A stretch of DNA of 64,000 nt. Source: Reyranellaceae bacterium. Its GTDB lineage: Bacteria > Pseudomonadota > Alphaproteobacteria > Reyranellales > JAQSWP01. How positions within the stretch are numbered: the stretch's first letter is position 1; each line of letters begins with the position of its first letter. Shown here in pieces: positions 45,176 to 57,135 of this stretch. The DNA lies in NCBI GenBank assembly GCA_050181585.1, contig JBFXDA010000003.1:6155-70154 (forward strand), written 5' to 3'. The notes under the pieces were generated by a model. The model was given only the letters and a program-made list of their open reading frames with translations, had not been told where the DNA came from and made no database searches. The position numbers and the translations under genes were made by a program.

Positions 45176-46347
45176 TCTTCGCCCGTTTCCTGGCCAACGA
45201 CCGGCTGGTGATCGGCTTCGCCGCCGCCATCCTGGGCATCACGGCGCTGCTGATCGCCGGCAACCTGCTGGCGTCGCCCGGCTCGCCGCTGCACGTGCCG
45301 ACCTACGTCATCGCGCTGTTCGGCAAATATCTCTGCTATGCGCTGCTGGCGCTGTCGGTCGACCTGGTGTGGGGCCAGGTCGGCATATTGTCGCTGGGGC
45401 ACGGCGCTTTCTTCGCGCTGGGCGGCTACGCCATGGGCATGTACCTGATGCGCCAGATCGGCCCGCGCGGCGTCTACGGCAATCCCGTCCTGCCCGACTT
45501 CATGGTGTTCCTGAACTACAAGGAACTGCCCTGGTTCTGGCACGGCATGGACATGTTCTGGTTCGCCATGGTGATGGTGATGCTGGTGCCGGGCCTGCTG
45601 GCCTTCGTGTTCGGCTATCTCGCCTTCCGAAGCCGCGTCACCGGCGTCTATCTCTCGATCATCACCCAGGCGCTGACCTACGCGCTGCTGCTGGCGTTCT
45701 TCCGCAACGACATGGGTTTCGGCGGCAACAACGGACTGACCGACTTCAAGGACATTCTCGGTTTCAACATCCAGGCCGACGGCACCCGCGCCGGCCTGCT
45801 GGCGGCGACGGCGATCTTCCTGACGCTGGGTTTCCTCGCCGCCCGGGCGCTGCAGAAATCGCGCTTCGGCAAGGTGCTGGTGGCGATCCGCGACGCCGAG
45901 AGCCGCACCCGCTTCCTGGGCTACCGGGTCGAGCACTACAAGCTGGCGGTGTTCACCTTCTCCGCCGTCATGGCCGGCATCGCCGGCGCGCTCTACGTGC
46001 CGCAGGTCGGCATCATCAACCCCGGCGAATTCGCGCCCGCCAACTCGATCGAGGCGGTGGTGTGGGTCGCGGTCGGCGGGCGCGGCACGCTGGTCGGGGC
46101 CGTGATCGGCGCCATCCTGGTGAATTTCGGCAAGACGCTGTTCACCGGCGTGCTGCCCGAATTGTGGCTGTTCGCGCTGGGCGGGCTGTTCGTCTTCGTC
46201 ACGCTCTTCATGCCCAAGGGCGTGGTCGGCTCGCTGCCGGTATGGTCCGCCTGGCTGCGCCGCCGCCTGCTGCCCTCGAAGGTGGACGTGCCGCCGCCGG
46301 TTTCGGTGCAGCCGCCGCCGGTGATGCCGGCGCGGCCGGGAGAATAG
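45172..46347 (+). CDS. urtC: Urea ABC transporter permease UrtC, 391 aa
   Basis: An in-frame ATG at 45172 (ATGA overlap with the urtB stop) lies within composite track ORF 43564..46347. The product starts MIFARFLANDRLVIGF and contains ILSLGHGAFFALGGY. Confidence 0.9.
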   Translation: MIFARFLANDRLVIGFAAAILGITALLIAGNLLASPGSPLHVPTYVIALFGKYLCYALLALSVDLVWGQVGILSLGHGAFFALGGYAMGMYLMRQIGPRGVYGNPVLPDFMVFLNYKELPWFWHGMDMFWFAMVMVMLVPGLLAFVFGYLAFRSRVTGVYLSIITQALTYALLLAFFRNDMGFGGNNGLTDFKDILGFNIQADGTRAGLLAATAIFLTLGFLAARALQKSRFGKVLVAIRDAESRTRFLGYRVEHYKLAVFTFSAVMAGIAGALYVPQVGIINPGEFAPANSIEAVVWVAVGGRGTLVGAVIGAILVNFGKTLFTGVLPELWLFALGGLFVFVTLFMPKGVVGSLPVWSAWLRRRLLPSKVDVPPPVSVQPPPVMPARPGE

Positions 46348-46349
46348 AC

Positions 46350-47117
46350 ATGAACGCCATCTCCGACGCGCCGCTGAGGATCGAGCCCGTCCTCTATCTC
46401 GACGGCGTCCAGGTCAGCTTCGACGGCTTCAAGGCGCTGAACAATCTGTCGCTGGTGGTCGAGCCGGGCGAGATGCGGGCGGTGATCGGTCCCAACGGGG
46501 CCGGCAAGACCACCATGATGGACGTCATCACCGGCAAGACGCGGCCGGATGCCGGCAAGGTGTTCTTCCGCGGCGACGTCGACCTGACCAAGAAGGACGA
46601 GGCGGAGATCGCCCAGCTCGGCATCGGGCGCAAGTTCCAGAAGCCGACCGTGTTCGAGAGCCACACGGTCTACGACAATCTGCTGCTGGCGCTGGCGGGC
46701 CATCGCGGGCCGGCCGCGGTGCTGTTCGCGCGCGAGCGGGCGGACGAGCGCACGCGGCTGGAGGAGCTGCTGTCGATCGTCAAGCTGGCCGGCCAGCGCC
46801 ACCGCTTGGCGGCGGAGCTGTCGCACGGGCAGAAGCAATGGCTGGAGATCGGCATGCTGCTGGCGCAGGAGCCGGCCCTGCTGCTGGTCGACGAGCCGGT
46901 GGCGGGCATGACCGACGCGGAGACCGAGGAGACCGCGCATCTGCTGCGCGAGATCAACAAGACGCGCTCGGTGGTGGTGGTCGAGCACGACATGACCTTC
47001 GTGCGGGCGCTGGGGGTGAAGGTGACCTGCCTGCACGAGGGCTCGGTGCTGGCCGAGGGCAGCCTCGACACGGTCAGCGCCAACCAGCGCGTCATCGAAG
47101 TCTATCTGGGGCGCTGA
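46350..47117 (+). CDS. urtD: Urea ABC transporter ATP-binding protein UrtD, 255 aa
   Basis: An in-frame ATG at 46350 within track ORF 45369..47117. It has the Walker A motif GPNGAGKTT, the signature LSHGQKQWLEIG and the Walker B motif LLLVDEPVAGM. Confidence 0.9.
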   Translation: MNAISDAPLRIEPVLYLDGVQVSFDGFKALNNLSLVVEPGEMRAVIGPNGAGKTTMMDVITGKTRPDAGKVFFRGDVDLTKKDEAEIAQLGIGRKFQKPTVFESHTVYDNLLLALAGHRGPAAVLFARERADERTRLEELLSIVKLAGQRHRLAAELSHGQKQWLEIGMLLAQEPALLLVDEPVAGMTDAETEETAHLLREINKTRSVVVVEHDMTFVRALGVKVTCLHEGSVLAEGSLDTVSANQRVIEVYLGR

Positions 47118-47119
47118 TC

Positions 47120-47815
47120 ATGCTGAAGGTCGAGGGCGTCGATCTCTACTACGGCGCGGCGCAGGCGCTGAAGCGGGTGTCGCTGACCGCCGAGATCGGC
47201 CAGGTCACCTGCATCCTGGGCCGCAACGGGGTGGGCAAGACCAGCCTGCTGCGGGCGGTGACCGGCATCCAGCCGGTGCGCAACGGCAGCGTGAGCTGGG
47301 ACGGGCAGGACATCACCCGGCTGTCCTCGGTCGAGCGGGCGCGGCGGGGCATCGCCTACGTGCCGCAGGGCCGCGACATTTTTCCGTTGCTGACCGTCAA
47401 GGAGAATCTGGAGACCGGCTTCGCCGTGCTGCCGCGCCGGGAGCGCAGGATCCCGGAGGAAATCTACGACCTGTTCCCGATCCTGAAGACCATGCTGCGG
47501 CGGCGCGGCGGCGATCTCTCGGGCGGCCAGCAGCAGCAGCTCGCCATCGCCCGCGCCCTGATCATGAAGCCGCGCCTGCTGGTGCTGGACGAGCCGACCG
47601 AAGGCATCCAGCCCTCGATCATCAAGGACATCGGCAAGGTCATCGAGCTGTTGCGCGGCCGCGGCCAGATGGCCATCCTGCTGGTCGAACAGTATTTCGA
47701 TTTCGCGCGCGACCTGGCGCAGCGTTTCGCCGTGATGGATCGCGGCGAGATCGTGCTGGCCGGCGCCAGGAATGAGCTCGATGAAGGCGACGTCCGCCGC
47801 CATCTCACGGTTTGA
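47120..47815 (+). CDS. urtE: Urea ABC transporter ATP-binding protein UrtE, 231 aa
   Basis: An in-frame ATG at 47120 within track ORF 46838..47815. It has the Walker A motif GRNGVGKTS, the signature LSGGQQQQL and the Walker B motif LLVLDEPTEG. Confidence 0.9.
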   Translation: MLKVEGVDLYYGAAQALKRVSLTAEIGQVTCILGRNGVGKTSLLRAVTGIQPVRNGSVSWDGQDITRLSSVERARRGIAYVPQGRDIFPLLTVKENLETGFAVLPRRERRIPEEIYDLFPILKTMLRRRGGDLSGGQQQQLAIARALIMKPRLLVLDEPTEGIQPSIIKDIGKVIELLRGRGQMAILLVEQYFDFARDLAQRFAVMDRGEIVLAGARNELDEGDVRRHLTV

Positions 47816-48656
47816 ACCGGCCGCCTCGCCCGATGCGCGCCTCTCGTCATTGCCGCGCGCGCAAGGCGACTTGCGGCTGGGCTTCAAGCGGCGCGGGATG
47901 CTGACCGTGCTCGACACGCTCTACCAGCAGGGCTGCGCCAAGGCGCGCCTGCCCAATGCCGAGCCGGGCGGCTGGAAGAGCGCGGTGCTGATCAACACCG
48001 CCGGCGGCCTGACCGGCGGCGACCGGCTGGGGATTGCCGTCGACTGGCGCGAGGGAGCGCAGGCCGTCGTGGCGGGGCAGGCGGCGGAGAAAATCTATCG
48101 CGCAACGTCGGGCGTGGCGCAGGTGCGCACGCGGCTGACCCTGGCGGCAGGCGCGCAAGGCGAGTGGCTGCCGCAGGAAACCATCCTGTTCGATCGCGCC
48201 GCGCTCGATCGCGATACCGTCGTCAATTTGATGCCGGACAGCGAATTCCTGGGGCTGGAAGCGGTGGTGCTGGGACGCGAGGCGATGGGCGAGAGCGTGC
48301 GGCAGGGCGCGCTGCGCGATGCCTGGCGCATCATTCGCGGCGGCCGGTTGGTCCATGCCGACGTGATCGCCATCGACGGCGACATCGCTGCGCGCTTCGC
48401 CCGCACCGCCGTCGCGCAAGGTGCGCGCGCCTTCGCCACCATCCTGCATGTCGCGCCGCAGGCCGAGCGCAAGCTGGAACCGGTGCGTGAAGCGATCGCC
48501 GGTCTGGCTGACGCGCGCGCGGGGGCGTCTTGCTGGGATGGATTGCTGGCGGTGCGGCTGCTGGCGCGGGACGGGGAGGCGCTGTTGGCCGCCATACGGC
48601 GGGCATTGGAACCGCTGCGCGAGGGCCGCGCCCTGCCGCGCGTCTGGAAATGCTGA
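47772..48656 (+). CDS. ureD: Urease accessory protein UreD
   Basis: ORF track 47772..48656. [33 protein letters not shown] and [13 protein letters not shown] are typical of UreD. The start is uncertain: ATG 47772 overlaps urtE by 44 nt, and in-frame TTG 47850 is an alternative. Confidence 0.85.
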   Translation: MSSMKATSAAISRFEPAASPDARLSSLPRAQGDLRLGFKRRGMLTVLDTLYQQGCAKARLPNAEPGGWKSAVLINTAGGLTGGDRLGIAVDWREGAQAVVAGQAAEKIYRATSGVAQVRTRLTLAAGAQGEWLPQETILFDRAALDRDTVVNLMPDSEFLGLEAVVLGREAMGESVRQGALRDAWRIIRGGRLVHADVIAIDGDIAARFARTAVAQGARAFATILHVAPQAERKLEPVREAIAGLADARAGASCWDGLLAVRLLARDGEALLAAIRRALEPLREGRALPRVWKC

Positions 48657-48669
48657 GGGAGGAAACAAG

Positions 48670-48972
<303 letters not shown>

Positions 48973-48988
48973 ACGAGGGAGAACGACG

Positions 48989-49303
48989 ATGATTCCAGGC
49001 GAAGTCTTTGCCGCCGCCGGCGAGATCGAGATCAATGCCGGGCTGGAGCCGGTCGCGCTCACCGTCGCCAATACCGGCGACCGGCCGATCCAGGTCGGCA
49101 GCCACTACCATTTCTTCGAGACCAATCCCGCCCTGTCGTTCGACCGCGCCAGGGCGCGCGGCATGCGGCTCGACATCGCCTCGGGCACGGCGGTGCGCTT
49201 CGAGCCGGGGCAGAAGCGGGAGGTGCGACTGGTGCCGTTCCGCGGCCGGCGCGAGGTGTTCGGCTTCCGCCAGGACGTCATGGGTAAACTCGACCAGGCA
49301 TAG
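48989..49303 (+). CDS. ureB: Urease beta subunit UreB, 104 aa
   Basis: ORF track 48989..49303. MIPGEV and [19 protein letters not shown] are canonical for UreB. Confidence 0.95.
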   Translation: MIPGEVFAAAGEIEINAGLEPVALTVANTGDRPIQVGSHYHFFETNPALSFDRARARGMRLDIASGTAVRFEPGQKREVRLVPFRGRREVFGFRQDVMGKLDQA

Positions 49304-49313
49304 GAGACGCATC

Positions 49314-51026
<1,713 letters not shown>

Positions 51027-51028
51027 CC

Positions 51029-51565
51029 ATGAAGCGCTGCAGCACGATCATCCCCGCCTTCACCCTCGCCGGGCGACCGGTCGAGCCGGCCTCCGATCGC
51101 GTGGTGCTGGATCACGATCTGCGCCATCGCCGCCGCATCGTGCTGCGCACGGTGGCGGGGGCGGAGTTTCTGTTGGACCTGCCGCAAGCGACGACGTTGC
51201 GTCATGGCGATTCGCTGGTCCTGGAGGACGGGCAGTTGATCGCCGTCGAGGCCGCGCCGGAGAGGCTCGTGGAGATCGCGGCGGACGATGCCGATGCGCT
51301 GATGCGCATCGCCTGGCACCTGGGCAACCGGCATCTGCCGACGCAGCTCATGGGCGACCGCATCCGCATCCGCTACGATCACGTCATCGTCGACATGGTG
51401 AAAGGTCTGGGCGGCAGCGTGCGCGAGGTGATGGCGGCGTTCGACCCCGAAGGCGGCGCCTACGGTTTCGGCACCACCATGGGCCATCATCACGGTCATG
51501 GGCACGATCACAACCATGAACACGATCATGGCCATCACCATCATCGCGGCCACAAGCATGACTGA
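51029..51565 (+). CDS. ureE: Urease accessory metallochaperone UreE with a His-rich tail, 178 aa
   Basis: An in-frame ATG at 51029 within track ORF 50024..51565. It has the core motif [10 protein letters not shown] and the C-terminus [26 protein letters not shown]. Confidence 0.92.
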   Translation: MKRCSTIIPAFTLAGRPVEPASDRVVLDHDLRHRRRIVLRTVAGAEFLLDLPQATTLRHGDSLVLEDGQLIAVEAAPERLVEIAADDADALMRIAWHLGNRHLPTQLMGDRIRIRYDHVIVDMVKGLGGSVREVMAAFDPEGGAYGFGTTMGHHHGHGHDHNHEHDHGHHHHRGHKHD

Positions 51566-52243
51566 TCCGCTCTACCGGCTGATGGCCTGGCTGTCGCCGT
51601 CCTACCCGGTGGGCGCGTTCGCCCATTCCAACGGGCTGGAATGGGCGGTGGAGACGCAGATGGTGCGCGACCGGGTCACGCTGGTCGCGTGGCTGCGGGA
51701 CGTGCTGCAGCATGGCAGCGGCTGGAACGATGCGGTGCTGTTCGTGCACGCCCATCGCGCGGCCTCGGACAATGACGGGCAGCGGCTGCGCAACGTGGCG
51801 CTGCTGGCCGCCGCCGCCCATCCCGGCCGCGAGCGGCGGCTGGAGAGCACCGCGCAGGGCACCGCCTTCCGCCGCATCTCGCGCGACGCCTGGAATGCGC
51901 CGGCGCTGGCGCTGCTGGACGGCATCGAGGACGGCGACCTGGCCTATCCGGTGGCGGTGGCCACCCTGGCGGCCGGGCATGGCGTGGCGTTGCGGCCAGC
52001 GCTGACCGCCTATCTGCAGGCGGTGGCGGCCAACATCGTCTCGGCGGCGCAGCGGCTGGTGCCGCTGGGCCAGACCGACGGGCAGCGCGCCATCGCCGCC
52101 CTGATGGCGGATGTCGAGGCGGTTGCGGCCCGGGCCGTGGCGTTAGACGATGGCGATCCGTTCCGGGCGCTGGGCGGCTGCACCCTGATGGCCGACCTGG
52201 CGACGATCGAACACGAAACCCAGTACACGAGGTTGTTCCGCAC

Positions 52244-52247
<4 letters not shown>
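51558..52247 (+). CDS. ureF: Urease accessory protein UreF, 229 aa
   Basis: An in-frame ATG at 51558 within track ORF 51498..52247 gives [28 protein letters not shown], which is typical of UreF. It overlaps the ureE stop by 8 nt. Confidence 0.9.
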
Positions 52248-52885
<638 letters not shown>

Positions 52886-52905
52886 CTTCCAGCAGGGGAA
52901 CGACA

Positions 52906-53487
52906 ATGAAGAGACAGACTGGACTTTCCGCCTTCGCGCTGGCGCTGAGCTTCGCCTCGCCGGCGCTGGCGCATACCGGCGTCGGCGAGACGGCAGGCCT
53001 CATGGCCGGGCTGGAGCATCCCGTGTTCGGGCTCGACCATCTGCTGGCGATGGTGGCGGTGGGATTGTGGGCCGGGCTGGTCGGCGGCCGCGCCTTCTGG
53101 GTGTGGCCGGCGGCCTTCGTCGGCTCGATGGTGCTGGGCGGCATCCTCGGCATGAACGGCGTCGCGCTGCCGGCGATCGAACTGGTGATCGTGGTGTCGG
53201 TGATCGCGCTGGGCATGGCGACGGCGCTGGACCTGAAGCTGCATGTCGTGCTGGGGGCGGCGATCATCGCCGTTTTCGGCATCGCCCACGGCCATGCCCA
53301 CGGCATGGAAGCGCCGGAGACCGGCAGCGGCCTGACCTATGCCGCGGGCTTCGTGATCGCCACGGCCGCGCTGCACGGCATCGGGCTGGGCCTGGCGGCG
53401 CTGACCCGCACGCGCTTCGCCGCCAGGATCACCCGGGCGCTGGGCGGGCTGGTGGCGCTGGCCGGCATCGGCCTGCTGGCGAGCTGA
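52906..53487 (+). CDS. hupE: HupE/UreJ-family nickel transporter, 193 aa
   Basis: ORF track 52906..53487. It has a signal peptide, then the motif HTGVGE, then HPVFGLDHLLAMVAVGLW, followed by hydrophobic spans. This pattern is typical of HupE/UreJ. Confidence 0.88.
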   Translation: MKRQTGLSAFALALSFASPALAHTGVGETAGLMAGLEHPVFGLDHLLAMVAVGLWAGLVGGRAFWVWPAAFVGSMVLGGILGMNGVALPAIELVIVVSVIALGMATALDLKLHVVLGAAIIAVFGIAHGHAHGMEAPETGSGLTYAAGFVIATAALHGIGLGLAALTRTRFAARITRALGGLVALAGIGLLAS

Positions 53488-53518
53488 GACTTTCCTTCCT
53501 TCCGTGCGCGCGCCAGAC

Positions 53519-53655
53519 TAGAGCGGATCACGATTGGATGGGAGCGCATGCGCTTCCATCCAATCGTGTGAATCCGCTCTACTCATTGGTATTTAGAGCA
53601 AATTCACACGTTCTGACGGAATCGCTTACGATTCCGTCAGAACGTGATTTGCTCT
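53519..53655 (+). repeat. Two-hairpin intergenic palindromic element, copy B
   Basis: Hairpin 1 (53519-53581) is TAGAGCGGATCACGAT-tggatgggagcg/cgcttccatcca-ATCGTGTGAATCCGCTCTA. Hairpin 2 (53594-53655) is TAGAGCAAATTCACacgttctgacggaatcg/cgattccgtcagaacgtGATTTGCTCTg. The outer arms are identical to copy A. The inner stems differ but stay paired. Confidence 0.85.
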
Positions 53656-53678
53656 GAGGCGCAGCACAGGAGGAAGCA

Positions 53679-54434
53679 ATGAAACTGGACTTCACCGGCC
53701 GCAAGGTCGTGGTGTGCGGCGGCAGCCGCGGCATCGGCCGCTCGATCGCGCTGGCTTTCGCGCAAGGCGGCGCCAGCGTCTCGATCTGCGCCCGCAACAA
53801 GGAATCGCTGGATCATGCCGCGGCCGATCTGGCCAAGGCGACCAAGGCCACGATCCATCATCTGCCCTGCGATCTGGCCCGGGGGCCGGAAGTCATCGCC
53901 TATGTGAAGGCGGCGGCGGAGGCGCTGGGCGGCATCGACGTTCTGGTCAACAACGCCTCCGGCTTCGGCCGCACCGACGACGAGGAAGGCTGGAAACTGT
54001 CGCTGGACGTCGACGTGATGGCCAGCGTGCGCGCCAGCCTGGCGGCGATTCCCTTTCTCGAGCAGAGCGGGCGCGGCTCGATCATCCACATCTCCTCCAT
54101 CTCTGGCCTGATGCCGTCCTTGCGCACGCCGCCCTATGGCGCGGTCAAGGCGCTCCTGATCCAATACACCAAGACCCAGGCGCTGGCGCTGGCCAAGAAG
54201 GGCATTCGCGTCAACTGCATCGCGCCGGGCTCGATCGAGTTCGAGGGCGGGCTGTGGGACCTCGCCAAGCAGCACAACCGCAAGCTCTATGACGGCATCC
54301 TGGCCAGCATCCCGCATGGCCGGCTGGGCAAGCCGGAGGAGATCGCCAAGGTGGCGGTGTTCCTGGCCTCCGACCTGGCGAGCTGGGTCACCGGCCAGAC
54401 CATCGCGGTCGATGGCGGCCAGATGCTGACTTAA
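53679..54434 (+). CDS. Short-chain dehydrogenase/reductase (SDR), 251 aa
   Basis: ORF track 53679..54434. It has the cofactor motif VCGGSRGIGRSIA, the catalytic YGAVKA (YxxxK) and NNAS. Confidence 0.9.
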   Translation: MKLDFTGRKVVVCGGSRGIGRSIALAFAQGGASVSICARNKESLDHAAADLAKATKATIHHLPCDLARGPEVIAYVKAAAEALGGIDVLVNNASGFGRTDDEEGWKLSLDVDVMASVRASLAAIPFLEQSGRGSIIHISSISGLMPSLRTPPYGAVKALLIQYTKTQALALAKKGIRVNCIAPGSIEFEGGLWDLAKQHNRKLYDGILASIPHGRLGKPEEIAKVAVFLASDLASWVTGQTIAVDGGQMLT

Positions 54435-55270
54435 GGTTTGACCTTGGCGCGGGCGGCGAATTCGGCCGCCGCCTGTTCCATGCTCATGAACGTCGCGCCG
54501 CCGGCCGCCAGCTTCTCCAGCAGCCGCTCCAGCATCAGGATGCGATGGCCGCGGCCGATGACGTAGGGGTGGAAGGTGTAGGTCAGCACGCCCCACTCGA
54601 CGTTCTTCTGCATCCAGACGAAATCGTCGAAGAAATTCTCCAGCACGCCATTGGCGTTCTGCAGCCCCGGCAAGGTGAATTCCTTGGTGCGCAGGAATTC
54701 GAAATGCGGGTAGTCGTCCAGGCTCCAGGAGATCGGCATTTCGATCAACGTCGTCGGCTGGCCGAAGCTCATCGGTCCGTCGGCGGGAATGACATCGCCC
54801 TGGCGGCACCAATAGGGCGTGTAGTCGTCGCCCATCATGCTGCTCTCGTAGACGAAGCCGTGTTGGAGCAGCAGCTCGACCGTGTGCGGGCTGAGATCCC
54901 AGGCCGGCGAGCGGTAGCCGCGCGGGTTCCTGCCGCTGAGTTTTTTGATCGCCGCCATGCCTTTCAGCAGGTGTTCCTCTTCTTCTGCGCGGCTCAGGCT
55001 GGCTGGAGTGACATGCGTCCAGCCGTGATGGCCGACCTCGTGTCCGGCCTCGACGATCATGGCGCTCTCGCGCGGATAGGTGCCGATCACCACGCCGGGG
55101 ATGAAGAAGCTCGACGTAATGCCGAAGCGTTTCAAGAGCGGCAGCAGGCGGCGCACCGCCACGGCGCCGAATTCGCCGCGCGAGATCGAGGTCGGCGTCG
55201 TCAGCCCGCGCGCCACGAAGCCGGACATGGCGTCGAAATCGAAGGTGATGCAGACGATGTGGCGCGGCAT
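54431..55270 (-). CDS. Polysaccharide deacetylase (CE4/NodB-homology) family protein, 279 aa
   Basis: An in-frame ATG at 55270 within track ORF 54431..55300 gives MPRHIVCITFDFD. HEVGHHGWTH is a metal-binding context. Its stop overlaps the convergent SDR stop in the tetranucleotide TTAA (54431-54434). Confidence 0.8.
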   Translation of the reverse strand: MPRHIVCITFDFDAMSGFVARGLTTPTSISRGEFGAVAVRRLLPLLKRFGITSSFFIPGVVIGTYPRESAMIVEAGHEVGHHGWTHVTPASLSRAEEEEHLLKGMAAIKKLSGRNPRGYRSPAWDLSPHTVELLLQHGFVYESSMMGDDYTPYWCRQGDVIPADGPMSFGQPTTLIEMPISWSLDDYPHFEFLRTKEFTLPGLQNANGVLENFFDDFVWMQKNVEWGVLTYTFHPYVIGRGHRILMLERLLEKLAAGGATFMSMEQAAAEFAARAKVKP

Positions 55271-55283
55271 GGGCGTTCCCCGA

Positions 55284-57062
55284 TCAGCGTCCGGCGGCAT
55301 AGGCCTGCATGCCGCGCGGGTTGGCGGCGGCTTTCAGGATGCTGCCGTCGCGCGCGGCGGCGGTGAGGCGGCCTTCCGACCAGTCGCCGCCGACTTCCAC
55401 GACGTGTCCCAGCGCGCGCAGCGCCTCGACGGTGGTGGCCGGCATGCGGCCTTCCACCGCCAGCACGCCCGGGCGCGAAATGCGCGGCCAGAAGGAGGAG
55501 GGGAAGTGCTCGGAATGGAAGGCTGGACAGTCGATGCCCTGCTGCAGATTCATGCCGGCATGGACGTGGCGCAGGAAGAGCTGCGTCGACCACTGGTCCT
55601 GCTGGTCGCCGCCGGGCGTGCCCAGCGCCAGATAGGCCTCGCCCTCGCGCAGCACCAGGCCGGGACTCAAGGTCGAGCGCGGCCGCTTGCGCGGCGCCAG
55701 GCCGGAGGGCATCGCGGCATCGAGCCAGAACATCTGCGCCCGGGTGCCGAGGCAGAAGCCCAGCGCGGGGATGACGGGCGAGGATTGCAGCCAGCCGCCG
55801 CTGGGCGTGGCCGACACCATGTTGCCGTCGCGGTCGATGATGTCGAAATGCACCGTGTCGCCCACCACCTGGCCGAGCTTGCCGACGGTGGGCTCGCCGG
55901 TGCCGGCGGAGCCGGGGACAACGGCGCCGGCGCGCCGCTGCAGCACCTTGGCGTTGAAGCCGCCGATGCGGCCGGGCCGCAGCTCCATCGAGGCGCGCAC
56001 GTCGATCAGGGTGCGGCGGGCGTCGTTGTATGCTTCCGACAGCAGCGTCGCCAGCGGCACCTCGGCGAATTCGGGATCGCCGTAGAAGGCCTCGCGATCG
56101 GCATAGGCCAGCTTGCCGCATTCGGCGACGATGTGGATGAATTCCGGCCCGGTGGGGTCCAGCCCGTCGAGTTCGAAGCCCTTGAGCAGGGCGAGCTGTT
56201 GCAGCATCACCGGCCCCTGGCTCCAGGGGCCGCATTTCTCGACCGTGTAGCGTCCGTATTGCAGCGTGGCGGGCGGCTCCACGCTGGCCTGCCAGTGCGC
56301 CAGGTCGTCACCGTCCAGCAGCCCGCGATGGGCGCGGCCGGAAACGTCGAAGACTTCGGTGTCGCGGCAGAAGCGCTCGATCTCCTGAGCGACGAAGCCG
56401 CGCGACCAGATGCGGCGCGCCGCCTCGATCTGCATCTGCCGGTCGGCGCTGGCGGCTTCGGCCTCGCGCAGCAGGCGGGCATAGGTCATGGCCAGCGCCG
56501 GATTGGCGAACACCGTGCCCGGCGCCGGGACGGTGTTGCCCGGCAGGTAGACGGCGGCGGAACTGCGCCAGTGCTGGCGGAAGAGATCGGCCACGGTGGC
56601 GATGGTGTCGCAGATGCGCGGCACCAGCGGATAGCCCTTGGCCGCCAGATCGATGGCCGGCTGCAGCACCTGGCCCAGCCGCATCGTGCCCCAGTCGCGC
56701 AGCAGCAGCATGAAGGCGTCGAAGGCGCCGGGCGTGCAGGCGGCCAGCAGCCCGGTGCCGGGGATCATGTCCAGCCCCAGCGACTGGAAGCGTTCGATGC
56801 TGGCAGCGGCCGGCGCCACGCCCTGGCCGCAGATCACCTCGGTGCGGCCGCGGCGGCGCTCGTGCACCATGATCGGCGCTTCGCCGCCGGGACCGTTGAG
56901 ATGCGGTTCGACCACCTGCAGGGCGAAGCCGGTGGCGACGGCGGCGTCGAAGGCGTTGCCGCCTTTTTCCAGCGCCGCCATGCCGATGGCGGTGCCGATC
57001 CAGTGCGTGGAGGTGACGACGCCGAAAGTGCCGAGAATCTCGGGGCGGGTTGTAAAAGCCAT
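55284..57062 (-). CDS. Gamma-glutamyltransferase-family Ntn-hydrolase with no evident signal peptide, 592 aa
   Basis: An in-frame ATG at 57062 within track ORF 55284..57644 gives MAFTTRPEILGTFGVVTSTHWIGTAIGMAALEKGGNAFDAAVA, a GGT-type N-terminus. The N-terminus lacks a hydrophobic leader. Confidence 0.8.
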   Translation of the reverse strand: MAFTTRPEILGTFGVVTSTHWIGTAIGMAALEKGGNAFDAAVATGFALQVVEPHLNGPGGEAPIMVHERRRGRTEVICGQGVAPAAASIERFQSLGLDMIPGTGLLAACTPGAFDAFMLLLRDWGTMRLGQVLQPAIDLAAKGYPLVPRICDTIATVADLFRQHWRSSAAVYLPGNTVPAPGTVFANPALAMTYARLLREAEAASADRQMQIEAARRIWSRGFVAQEIERFCRDTEVFDVSGRAHRGLLDGDDLAHWQASVEPPATLQYGRYTVEKCGPWSQGPVMLQQLALLKGFELDGLDPTGPEFIHIVAECGKLAYADREAFYGDPEFAEVPLATLLSEAYNDARRTLIDVRASMELRPGRIGGFNAKVLQRRAGAVVPGSAGTGEPTVGKLGQVVGDTVHFDIIDRDGNMVSATPSGGWLQSSPVIPALGFCLGTRAQMFWLDAAMPSGLAPRKRPRSTLSPGLVLREGEAYLALGTPGGDQQDQWSTQLFLRHVHAGMNLQQGIDCPAFHSEHFPSSFWPRISRPGVLAVEGRMPATTVEALRALGHVVEVGGDWSEGRLTAAARDGSILKAAANPRGMQAYAAGR

Positions 57063-57135
57063 GGCGGGAGCTTGCCACGATGCGCCGCCGATGACCATTG
57101 CATGACGGCCGGCCGTGGCGCACAAACGCGCGATC

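Noticed and set aside
43564-46347. 927-aa ORF covering urtB and urtC.
   Set aside because: It is a composite. The first 535 or so codons are an out-of-frame overlap on urtB. The genuine UrtC starts at ATG 45172, which makes an ATGA junction with the urtB stop.
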